A DNA stretch of 63,361 nucleotides, filler included, from Hyphochytrium catenoides (taxonomy: Eukaryota > Protista > Hyphochytriomycota): assembly GCA_900088475.1 (NCBI GenBank). It is 7 parts of 7 records of this genome, joined end to end, with 100 filler letters (N's around TTAATTAATTAA, not from the genome) between each part and the next. Parts side by side here need not be neighbours in the genome. Positions count along the whole stretch, not along the records: positions 14,443 to 32,075 come from FLMG01004393.1; positions 32,176 to 50,593 come from FLMG01000060.1; 5 more parts are not named here. The stretch is one strand, 5' to 3'. The notes below the pieces were generated by a model. That model searched no databases. It was not told the DNA's origin and worked only from the letters and a program-made list of their open reading frames with translations. Position numbers and translations under genes: made by a program. Shown here piece by piece: positions 26,246-36,583 of this stretch (position 1 is the stretch's first letter; the number at the start of each line of letters is the position of its first letter).

Positions 26246-27664
26246 CTACGCCGTCGTGGCTGGTGGCCTAGAGGTCTCACGCACTCTTCCTGCTGCCATT
26301 CGAGAGAAAGAGAACTTGCCCGACTTAGGAGGAAGCTCCTTGATGGCTTCGAGCCTCACAGCGCTGCCACTCTCTCCCTTTTCTACCAGACAGTGGGAGG
26401 ACGAAGAGGAAGAGAAAGAAGAGGAAGAAGAAGCAGTAGAAATGGAAGAAGAGAGAGAGCTCATGCTCTCCAACCCCGTGTCCCCATAGGAAGAGAGCCA
26501 GGGATGCCTCATCGCCTGAGAGAGAGAGACGCGCTGCTTGGGATCCACCTCCAGCATAGAAGAGACTAAGTCCTGGAGAGAGGACGGCAGGAGAGAGAAT
26601 ATCTCCATCGATGTCTTATCAAACTTTTTTTCTGACAGATTCTTCATGAGGATCTTCTCCTCATTGCCGAAGAATGGTCTACGTCCACAGAGCATCGTGA
26701 AAAGACAGACACCTAAAGGAGAGAGCCACGTAAGAGGTCAGAAGCAGTAGGGAAGAAGGGAAGAGAGAATCGCTTTGGGAGATGAGGCGACGCGCAAATC
26801 GCTAGGTGGATCACAATGTCTCTCTCTCGCAATCTCTTTTCTCTCTTTTAATCTCTTTCTTTCCCTATTATTCGTTCCCTCTCGTACTTCCTCTGTCATA
26901 CTTCTTCTTTTTGCAATCCTTTCGCTTTCTTTTTCTCCTTGTCTCTCTCTTCTCTCTTTTTCTCCCTGTCTTTCTCTTCTCATCCTCACACTCTTTCTCG
27001 GCACTCTCATTTCCAAACTCTTCACCTCCTGCTCTGTCGCTTCGACTTCACTAGTTCTTCCCTCGGCTACTGAGGTGCCTTCTCTCCGTCTCTCTCAATC
27101 TGAAGCAGGCACTCACCCAATGAGAACACATCCGCAGCCTTAGAATAATGTCTGCATGTCCAAACCTCTGGCGCCATGTAGCCAATCTACAGAAACGAGA
27201 GAGACAGAAAGAAAGAGAGAGATGCGAGCAGACTTAGCGACTGAGTTCTGAGGTGTTGAAGTTGCCAGTTGACTAAAGATAAAAGAAAAGAGGGAGGAAG
27301 GCAGAGGAAGAGCAAGAGGAGGAGAGGGCAACGACAGAGACAGAGAGAGAGAGAGAGACAACCGAGGAAGACAAGGAGAGAAGGGAGTAAAGACAACTCG
27401 CGGTGGAGAGAGAGAAAAAGAAAAGAGAAGCAGTGAGAGGGAGAGAGAAGAGAACAAGGCACGCACCGTTCCTCTGGTGGATCTTGTCGGGTCTTGCAAA
27501 GCTTTATCCTCTACGTGCCGCGCATGTCCAAAGTCAATGATGAGGACGAAGGGAGGACAGCTAAAGAGCTTGGACGGAGGCGGCACGCGCTTCAAGACAA
27601 TGTTCTCAAGCTTGATATCCAACTGGGAGAGGACACAAACGTAGAGACAGGACGTCAGAATGTG

Positions 27665-27714
<50 letters not shown>

Positions 27715-28172
27715 TGTGTGTGAGAGAGATAGAGAGATAGAGAGAGGATAATAGAGTAAGAGCACATGAATATTGAGGTTCGGAGTAAGGAGAGAGAAGG
27801 AGAGAGAGAGAGAGCACTTACATGGAGAATATCAGCTGCGTGCAGGGCTCTGATGCCGCTGATCGCCTGAGAGATGATGGCCGCGGAGAGGCGGGGAGAG
27901 AGCCTCCCCATGGTGGTGANNNNNNNNNNNNNNNNNNNNNNNNNNNNNNNNNNNNNNNTGGTGTGTGAGCGAGAGCGTAAGAGACAGGTCACGTATGAGC
28001 AACCCCAACAAAACGCCGCGGATCGAGGAGAGGAGGGCAAGCCTGTTATGCTTGCCAACGAAACAGGGCGATGAACAAAGAGGTTGGAGAGAGAGAGAGA
28101 GAGCAATGAGGATAAAGGAGAGAGAGAGAGAGAAAGAAAGAGAAAGAGAGAGAACAAGAAAGAGAGAGAAAA

Positions 28173-28205
<33 letters not shown>

Positions 28206-30151
28206 AGCCGTACAAGGAGTTGTTCATCTGCCAGTGCGAGTAGACGTGTACGAGGTTAGGATGCCGGATCTTCTGCCGGAGAAGGAGCAAGATCTTCAGT
28301 TCACTGAGAGCGTGCCGTCTCTTGGCGCCCGAGGATGTGTCCAGCACCTTCACAGCATAGAGTTTCCGGGTCTGCTTGCTCTGACAGGGACAACAGAAGA
28401 CGATAAGAGAGAGAGATAATGATTGAAGGACGGAGCAGCAATGGAAAGAGGCAGAGCAGAGAGGTGAGGGACAAAAATAAAAAGAGATACAAGAGTAAAG
28501 AGACTGTTGGACGCCATTCTCTCGCATAAGCTTGGTCTCTGCCTCAACCTTCTCCGACTCCCTATGAATATGCCTCACTAATGAAGAGCTGCTGCCTCTC
28601 TCTCTCTCCCAATGCCACAACTATTGCAGTGTTCATAGTCTCTCTCTCTCTGTGTCACACACTCATTGTCCATCTCTTACTGTGTTTCTCTCTCTCACGC
28701 ACACACACGGACTCTCAAACTCTCAGTCCCTATGCCTTCCTCATTGTGTCTATCTGCATCCAAGTGGGCTCTCTCTCTCTCTCTCTCATCTTAGTTCTCT
28801 TCTCGTTTTCTGCTCTTTCTCCATTTTGTCTCTCAGTCTCAATTTCCTCTCTTTCCTCTTGGTTTCTCTCTCTCTCTCCTCTTGGTTTCTCTCTCTCTCT
28901 CTCTTACCATGATGACCTGGATTCGACGACTTCCTTTCTCGCTGAGTGTTCCTGTCACTTCAAAGTCTTCCTGCCACTTGAGCCCTTCCACCATCTCCTG
29001 CAGCACTCTCATCCAGCTTCTCTTCTCCACGGCACTCGAAGCACGGAATCTCCATAGTTTTGTAGGGTTAACTCTGACGTGGAACTCGTATTGAGAGAGA
29101 GAAGATGAAGAGTCTCTCTCTCTTCGAAGAGAAAAGCTTCTCTCCCCCCTGAGCGAGAGAGAAGTGTGTTCCGGTATGCTAGGATCTATGATTTTGGTGT
29201 GCCGCGTGAGAGAGATCTCTTCTGCGAGCTTCATGGAGGAGGAGGAAGAGAGAGAGGAAGAAGAGAGAGAGGAAGAAGAGAGAGAGGATACAGACTTTCT
29301 TGGTAGCTTGTAGCAGTAGAGAACGGAGCCCTGGAGGCTTAGCCAACGCTGAGACCACCGGGGAAATATCTTTCCTTCGTGTATTGACAGCCGGCCTAGG
29401 GAGAGAGAGAGAGGAGAGAGAAAGAGAGAGAGAGCGCGCGGGAGAGAGAGAGAGAAAAGAGAGAGAGAGAGAGAGAGAGAGAGAATGGGGCAGAGAAAAG
29501 AAAGATCGGTTCAGAGAGACAGCAAGAAATAAGAGTGAAAAAGAGAGGGAGAGCGAGAGAAAACGAGAGTCGAGAGAGCAAAGGTACTTAAAAGAGAGAG
29601 AGAGACTTCATTTAGCAAAGGATAAGGTGCGAGCCGTGCAAAATAGAGAGGAGGAGGGAGAAAGAGAGAGGAGAGACTCCCGAGTACGGGAAGGAACAGA
29701 GATGACTTCATACTTATCAGGGAAAGAGGCATTAGATCATTCTGAACAGCAGAGGCGTAGGAACGAGGGGGGAGACGAAGAGGAAGACAGACGAATTCAT
29801 CTTTCGCTCTCTCTCTCTCTCTCCCCCGTGTCTTTTCTTCCTACCTTCCAATGAAGATATGCTCTTATTCTGTTTGCCTGCGTTGGAGAGTGCAGACGAT
29901 GAGCCGGTAGAGGTAGAGTTGCCAATCAAGGGGAGAGACATCCCTTCTTCTCTCTCCTCTCTATCGTCCAGATTCTCTTCTCTATCTCTTCTCTTTTCTC
30001 TCGTCAGTATGTAAGGCACGGGCTCTGTCTTGCCCCTGAACAAGCTGGGCGTGTTCCTTCTAGGTCCGGCGCTTCTTTCTGAGAGAGAGGGAGAGACACA
30101 GCGTCTTCTCCTCCCCCTAGCCGAAGATGGAGAGAGAGAGACAGTCTCCAT
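26246..30151 (-). CDS. PH-domain Ser/Thr protein kinase (CAMK-like), multi-exon; start codon uncertain
   Basis: PH hallmarks GRLSIHEGKIFPRWSQRWLSLQGSVLYCYK and WRFRASSAVEKRSWMRVL (28910-29397). Kinase motifs YAVKVLD, RHPNLV, LH/LDIKLEN, IIDFG, GT/IGYMAPE, ADVFSLG, GRRPF and DPKQRVSLSQAMRHPWL lie on successive GT-AG exons. Confidence 0.88.
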
Positions 30152-30586
30152 CTCTGTAAGTCGAAGAAACAATGCAGGAAGAGAGAAAGAGAAAGGCACA
30201 AAATGATTTTTTCGCCAAGAGAGGGAAAGAGCGCTGCCCGTTGTTTCTTTCTCTCTTTTTACTTACAAAGTTCAGATTGCAGAGCTCAGGACAAGGTTAG
30301 CAAAGATGGAGAGACGGACATCAAAACTCTTTCTTCATCTCTCTCTCCCTCGGATATGCCTCTTCGTAAGCCTTTACATGGGGCTTCATTGGACGAGAGA
30401 CGGAAGAAACGGAGCAGAGGGGGAGAGAGAGGTGGTCCGACGAAGGGGAAACAAAGCGAAAAGAAAGAGAGAGAGAGACAGTTGCTTGCACAGCTGTAGG
30501 AGGCAGATAAACTGCTAGCCAAATAAGCGGTGGCAGGGAGGAAGGAAAAGTTGGACATGAAAGACAATGGCGTAAGGAGCTGTTCA

Positions 30587-30640
<54 letters not shown>

Positions 30641-30897
30641 CCAAGAATATCATAACTCTAGCAGCAGCGTAATGGATTGCTGCGGCCCGTTCGTTGCGAT
30701 GACCAGGGAAAAGAGAGAAAGGAGAAAGAGAAGAGGGAGAGGCAGAGATGAGGGAGAGAGAGAGAAAGAGGCGTGGATTCGTGTGCTGGCCGCAATTGGC
30801 CCAAGAACCTGCCCCCAAGAGAAAAGAACCATGAGGTCAATGACCGACGAGAGACAGAGCGAAGAAAAGAGAGACTTGTCAGAATAATAGAGACAGA

Positions 30898-30943
<46 letters not shown>

Positions 30944-31746
30944 GCGGAAGAGAGAGAGAGAAGGGACGAGACGAGAGCAAGCGAACGCACATAAAAGAAT
31001 CCCCAATCCTATGCCGTATATCGTATCTTAAAGAGCCATTTTACCATGTAAGATCTCAAGGCCATCTGTAGATAAGCCGCCTAGGACGAGCTACTACTAC
31101 GGAGGCTACTAGGGTTTCTCCGGTTTATAACTCATATTACTACTGCCCCTCTAGGGCTGTGGAGATGCAAATGAAGAATAGGAACACCGAAGGTGCGGTT
31201 CGTAGTAAAATGAAACATTGTTTCTTTCTTTTGTTGCTTTCATGCGTGGACCTATCACCTTCCTACAATAACATCAATCTGGACATGGAAACATTAGGAC
31301 GAATTATTTATTTCAAGAAACCTTGAACAGGCATCAGCCGTCTACGAAAGTGTTGGCGAAGAGTCGTCCCCGTCAAAGGGCTTTAAGTGCTGTGCGCTTT
31401 ATTGCTAGCACTTCTAGCTTAGAAGTGGTTGAAGCACATAAAGCACCTCTGAAGGCATAAAAATGAAACCCAAGTTTATACTCAACAAAATTTCGGGAGG
31501 CGGTATATTATTAGATTCTGGAGACCCGAATCTGCATCATTCTAGGCAAGGAAGGCGAATCATTAGGTTATAGGTTGTTTGCCACCGAATGTTGGACAGA
31601 AACTTGGTCATGGCGTCAGGAACAAGAGGAAAACTCTGAACATGGGGTAAACCATTGAACCTGTGCTTTCAGAGAACAAGGCTTTTATGTATGGACTATC
31701 AAACCCATTATGCGTATCTTTTTGACAAACGCTGGGAGGGAGAGAA

Positions 31747-31808
<62 letters not shown>

Positions 31809-32175
31809 AAGAGAGAGAGAGAGACATAGAACTACACACAACTGAAGTAGGAGTTTTCCAGAAAAGATCATGGCTTGCTTGTGATCAAAGGTCAGACAGA
31901 GTAGAGCTGATGAGCTGATAGTCTTCCTGGAGAGACTTGAAAAGAAAGAGAGACACTGCCTGTCAGGAGAGAGAGACAGAAAGGGTAGACGACAGAGAGA
32001 GAGAAGAAATGCGCAGAGAGAGCATTATTAATAAGTAGCAGGCCCGCTGTCGCGGTGCCGGGGGGCCCTTGGCCTNNNNNNNNNNNNNNNNNNNNNNNNN
32101 NNNNNNNNNNNNNNNNNNNTTAATTAATTAANNNNNNNNNNNNNNNNNNNNNNNNNNNNNNNNNNNNNNNNNNNN

Positions 32176-32219
32176 CAACCATCCGTCCTACCATCTCGTC
32201 CTACCGATAAGACTAACCC
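32176..32219. mobile_element. Orphan terminal inverted repeat of the PIF/Harbinger-like element
   Basis: caaccatccgtcctacc...ccgataagactaaccc matches the TIR at 38662-38705 and is followed by TCA (TNA-type target). Confidence 0.6.
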
Positions 32220-32612
32220 TCAGCGATGCCGATCTACCCCCTGTCACTCTTTGAAAGCTCCGAAAAGAGGTGATTTTGGGCCGAAATCGTGCCTGAAACT
32301 TTCCCTTTAAAAAGTGCTCGTATGGTTGAAATTTTCGGTGGCGGGGTTGAAATGTATACTGAAATTTTGGATGTAACTTTCAATGTTTCGAACGTTCCTT
32401 CGACGTGGAAATATTTCCGAAAGTTTCAATGGGACAGGATTGCCGTTAGCGGCTATATGACCGTACCGGTGAGACCCGGTAGCCGTTATTGCCCAGTGGA
32501 GCTCGTTGGCTGCTCCAGGGGGGCCGACTTGATCTTGGTCTCGATCGGGATCGCAATAGTCCAATGGTTGGCTCAGAGGCCTCAAGACAGGTTTCCGAGT
32601 CCTGAGGGACGC

Positions 32613-32947
32613 GTGGGACCATAACCTGTTGGATTATATGGGATGTTGGACAATGTCATTAGATGAGAGTGCTCTACTTATAAGCCCAACTGGGGTCCCA
32701 TAATCTAGAGCTATTCTGACTATGCAAACTATTCCTAATAAACCCTAAGATATGGAGTTATAGAGATATCCCTGTCTAGAATAGTCAGTCCTGGAGGTAT
32801 CCTGGGGTACTGACCATAAGCCATAGATATAAACAGGGACATTTCCTTTACTTCATATCTCGGCTTGTACTGGGAGTTTAGAGCTGAAATTTGGGTAGTT
32901 AAGCTTGCCAGCTTGTAGTCCACATAGCTGTGCCCGCAGACTCCAAC
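32613..32947 (-). mobile_element. Copia family B 5' LTR (~320 bp) plus half-tRNA-iMet-type PBS
   Basis: Minus strand GTTGGAGTCTG...ATAATCCAACA is followed directly by GGTTATGGTCCCAC (32613-32626), complementary to the tRNA-iMet anticodon region as in Drosophila copia/Ty5-type elements. Confidence 0.8.
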
Positions 32948-32949
32948 TC

Positions 32950-33388
32950 TTCCCCTCTGCGTCGTCCGCTGTACACGTTTTGGTTTCAGCGTCGATCACA
33001 GTCCAACACTCCCCCGGAATCTAGAGAACTCTGTGAGCTCTAGATTCAAATGGAACTGTGATGGTCATCCGTGGTCACAGAACCGAATGGCTCACTATAT
33101 TGCCCGAGTTAAATCGCTCGGAGCGTACACCATGTTAGATTTTATCATTTGGTGGTGAGCACTTTGAACTAATATTGGCGGGTGTCTGGATATACCGGAG
33201 AAAGGTTTTGTACGCTCCGGTATTCGAACCCAGGACCTCTGTCTTTGATGCCGACACCCTAACCAGTATGCACCATACACCAAACGTACACTTGACTAAT
33301 CTCCGTTTTTGTTTATATACCAGGGGTTTTCCCCTCTGCGTCGTCCGCTGTACATTTTTTGGTTTCAGCGTCGATCACAGTCCCGACA
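32950..33388 (-). mobile_element. TRIM family A, copy 1 (5' LTR 33133-33388, PBS 33119-33132, PPT, 3' LTR starting 33008 and truncated by LTR-B)
   Basis: LTR TG...TCTAACA, PBS TGGTGTACGCTCCG, ~124-bp non-coding interior ending in PPT CCGGGGGAG, then a repeat of the LTR start TGTTGGACTGTGATCGACGCTG. Confidence 0.85.
33209..33289 (-). ncRNA. tRNA-like module in the TRIM-A LTR (copy 1)
   Basis: Acceptor stem GTACGTT/AGCGTAC plus discriminator A, A-box-like TGGTGTATGG, T-loop/B-box GGTTCGAAT, and TATATAAA ~30 bp upstream. The anticodon arm is non-canonical. Confidence 0.7.
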
Positions 33389-34887
33389 CAATCAACAAAC
33401 TGGTTCCATTTGTGGCTGATGAGCTTTTGTCGCTGCTGGAAGGACAACCATCAGCCTACGCGGGTGGATAAAAGTGCAGGAGCATTTGGACGGATGAGAA
33501 GGGGACAACGTTCTCAAACGTCTGCAGGAGATCACCAACTCAAGGTTTGATGCTGACGATCCCATTTCCCTGAGGTCGCACTTGACTATGCTAAGGCAGC
33601 GAACAGATGCCTTGAAAGTCACCTTCGAGAGGAGAAAGGAGAACCAGCAAGTTATTTACGAAACTATCCTGATCTCTTCCATCCTACAAAGCCTGCCGGC
33701 GTCCTTCGACTCCATAGTGAGTCATCTGCAGTATGTCCTAGAAACTTCCTCTCTGGCTGCAGACGAGGTCATCGACCGGATTTTGGCCGATGAACAGAGA
33801 AGAGTGTCTAGCTCTTCTCACTCACCAGAGCTTCCACCTTCTTCTTCGGAGCTGAATGCACTCGCTGCAAGAGAAAGTGAACGAGAGAAAAGCGCAGCGA
33901 CGACAACAACAACCTGCTTGTGGTGGCAGACAGTGCGGTATCTGCCGGAAAAGGGGGCACAATAGCGCAGACTGCTTCGATCCAGAGAAGAATGCTGTGC
34001 GCAGGCCATCAGGCTGGAAGCCTCGCAGGCCTTGTCTGCTGCTCTCCTATCCTCCACTTCTTCTTCTCCCGGAGGGGTTCAAACTAATATATTGGTGGTA
34101 TTAGCCAATCAGTATGCAAGATCTTCTGCCAACTCTGGTGAATCTCTTACCCTAGCTTCTATCCAGCAAGCTGCAGCGAAGGCGAAAGAAGTCCAGTGCA
34201 GCCATAAATGGCTGCTAGACAGCGGATGCTCCAGCCACATTACTGGAGATCGATTACTCTTTTTTTCTTTCACTCCTATTGACCCTCTTCCTCTTTTACC
34301 GCTGACAACCGGCCAGTTTTGCCTTGGGAAAGTGAAGCATACTTCCCTGCCGCCAATAGAGCTACCACTCCTCTCTACCTGCCTAATGTGCTCTATGCCA
34401 GCCCAATAGATCCAAGAATCCTCTTCTGGTGAAGCAGTGTTATTTACCTCAATGGAGCTTACACTCTAAGTCATTCTTCACTAATCAAGGACATTGCAAA
34501 GTTAACCTCTCAAGAACAAGTGAGACGTATTGGTTTGACCAATGGAACCGTTTGTTCTCCTCGGACACTGGCGATGCACGGGGACAAAGTGACTCTTCTC
34601 CTCCAAGACTAGCCGCAGCTACGAGCAAGCAAGAGCCTATCACCCTGTGGCACAAACGGGTTAATCATCTTAATCATACAGATATATGAAGACTAACTGT
34701 ACAGGCTTCGGGTATAGCTCTTGATAGAGCTTGTCAGCAGGCGTGCCTCTGTGAGACCTGCATCCTAGCCAAGCTACTAAAACGTAAGCCTTACCACGCT
34801 CAGCCTCGCAAGACAACAAGACTGCTTGAACTTCTGCACGCTGACGTCGGCATTGTCAATACTCGTAGCTACCAAGCCCGCTATGTA

Positions 34888-35287
34888 TAGCGTCGATCAC
34901 AGTTCAACACTCCCCCGGAATCTAGAGAACTCTGTAAGCTCTAGATTCAAATGGAACTGTGATGGTCATCCGTGGTCACAGAACCGAATGGCTCACTATA
35001 TTGCCCGAGTTAAATCGCTCGGAGCGTACACCATGTTAGATTTTATCATTGGATGGTGAGCACTTTGAATTAATATTTGGGGGTGTCTGGATATACCGGA
35101 GAAAAGTTTTGTACGCTCCGGGATTCGAACCCAGGACCTCTGTCTTTGATGCCGACACCCTAACCAGTATGCACCATACACCAAACGTACTCTTGACTAA
35201 TCTCCGTTCTTGTTATATACCAGGGTTTTTCCCCTCTGCGTCGTCCGCTGTACACTTTTTGGTTTCAGCGTCGATCACAGTTCAACA
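34888..35287 (-). mobile_element. TRIM family A, copy 2 (5' LTR 35034-35287, PBS 35020-35033, 3' LTR internally deleted), 5-bp TSD ATGTA
   Basis: Same architecture as copy 1. ATGTA at 34883-34887 and 35288-35292; copia integrase coding remnants continue on both sides. Confidence 0.85.
35110..35190 (-). ncRNA. tRNA-like module in the TRIM-A LTR (copy 2, best preserved)
   Basis: GTACGTT-TG-GTGTATGGTGCATAC-...-AGGTC-CTGGG-TTCGAAT-CCCGG-AGCGTAC-A, with a fully paired T-stem, TATATAA at about -29 and TTTT starting 5 nt downstream (35102-35105). Confidence 0.75.
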
Positions 35288-35719
35288 ATGTATAATTTCT
35301 ACTCGTTGTAGATGATCACTCGCGGAGGTGCGTTTGTACAATTTCTTAGAAGAAAGCAGAGGCAGAAAGGAAGCTGGAGGAGCTAATTCTCCTTTATGGA
35401 GAAACAGACGGGTGAGCGCGTGAAGGAGATACGCTCCGGTCGCAGGGAAGAGTTCGTTAGCAGTGCTGTCCGCGGAGTGTGCTCTCGCCGAGGGATCCTG
35501 TACTCTACTACCCCTGCTTATTCTGTTATTTTATATGGGATGATTGGACAATGTCATTAGATGAGAGGACTCTCTCTACTTATTATAAGCCCAACTGGTG
35601 TCACATAATCTAGAGCTATTCTGACTATGCCAATTATTCCTAATAGAGCCTAAAATAATCAGTCATAGAGATATCTCTGCCTAGAACAGTCAGTCTTGAA
35701 GGTATTCCGGAGTACTGAC

Positions 35720-36583
35720 TGTTGAACTGTGATTAACGCTGAAACCAAAGAGTGTACAGCGGACGACGCAGAGAGGAGAACCTCTAGTATATAAACAAAA
35801 CGGAGATTAGTCAAAGTGTACGTTTGGTGTATGGTGCATACTGGCTAGGGTGTCGGCATCAAAGACAGAGGTCCTGGATTCGAATACCGGAGCGTACAAA
35901 ACCTTTCTCCGGTAGATCCTCCAGACACCCCCCCAATATCAAATGAAGTGCTCACCATCCACTGATAAACTCTAACATGGTGTACGCCTCCGAGCGATTT
36001 AACTCGGGCAATAGATTGAGCCATTCGGTTCTGTGACCACGGATGACCATCACAGTTCCATTTGAATCTAGCCTTACAGAGTTCTCTAGATTCCGGGAGT
36101 GTTGAACTGTGATCAACGCTGAAACCAAAGAGTGTACAGCGGACGACGCAGAGCGGAAAAGCCCTGGTATATAAACAAAACGGAGATTAGTCAAAGTGTA
36201 CGATTGGTGTATGGCGCATACTGGTTAGGGTGTCGGCATCAAAGACAGAGGTCCTGGGTTCGAATTAAAAACGCTTGGCGCTGATAACAATATTCTCCAC
36301 ACTTCTACCTAGCGCTGAAGCAATCAGACAATGTGCAATTTTCTGGAGATCTCGACGCGTTTATCAAAGAGGCTAAAGGAAACAACATCTCGCCACCAAC
36401 CTCGCTCTTCATCGTACATCGAGAAATCTATGCAATGTAAGCCCAAGAACCAAGTAATCTCGTTCTAGCGGGTCTTCTACAGCATGCGGGGAGGTGTTGA
36501 ATGTTCATCTTCGACCCTCCTTCACAATGGGGAGTTCGAGCTGCGGGGAGGTGTTGGAGTCTGAGGGCACGGAGACTCCAACA
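35720..36583 (+). mobile_element. TRIM family A, copy 3, chimeric (LTR 35720-35977, PBS from 35978, PPT, second LTR 36100-36265, then foreign copia-type 3' sequence), TSD CTGAC
   Basis: TGTTGAAC start, TCTAACA end, then TGGTGTACGC(C)TCCG. CTGAC at 35715-35719 and 36584-36588. Confidence 0.85.
35818..35898 (+). ncRNA. tRNA-like module in the TRIM-A LTR (copy 3); a truncated fourth copy lies at 36198-36265
   Basis: Same 81-nt module; TATATAAA at 35788-35795, exactly 30 bp upstream of G1. Confidence 0.7.

Noticed and set aside
33209-33289. Calling the modules true tRNA genes or free SINEs
   Set aside because: There is no canonical anticodon arm, A-tail or TSD of their own, and they always occupy the same position inside an LTR.
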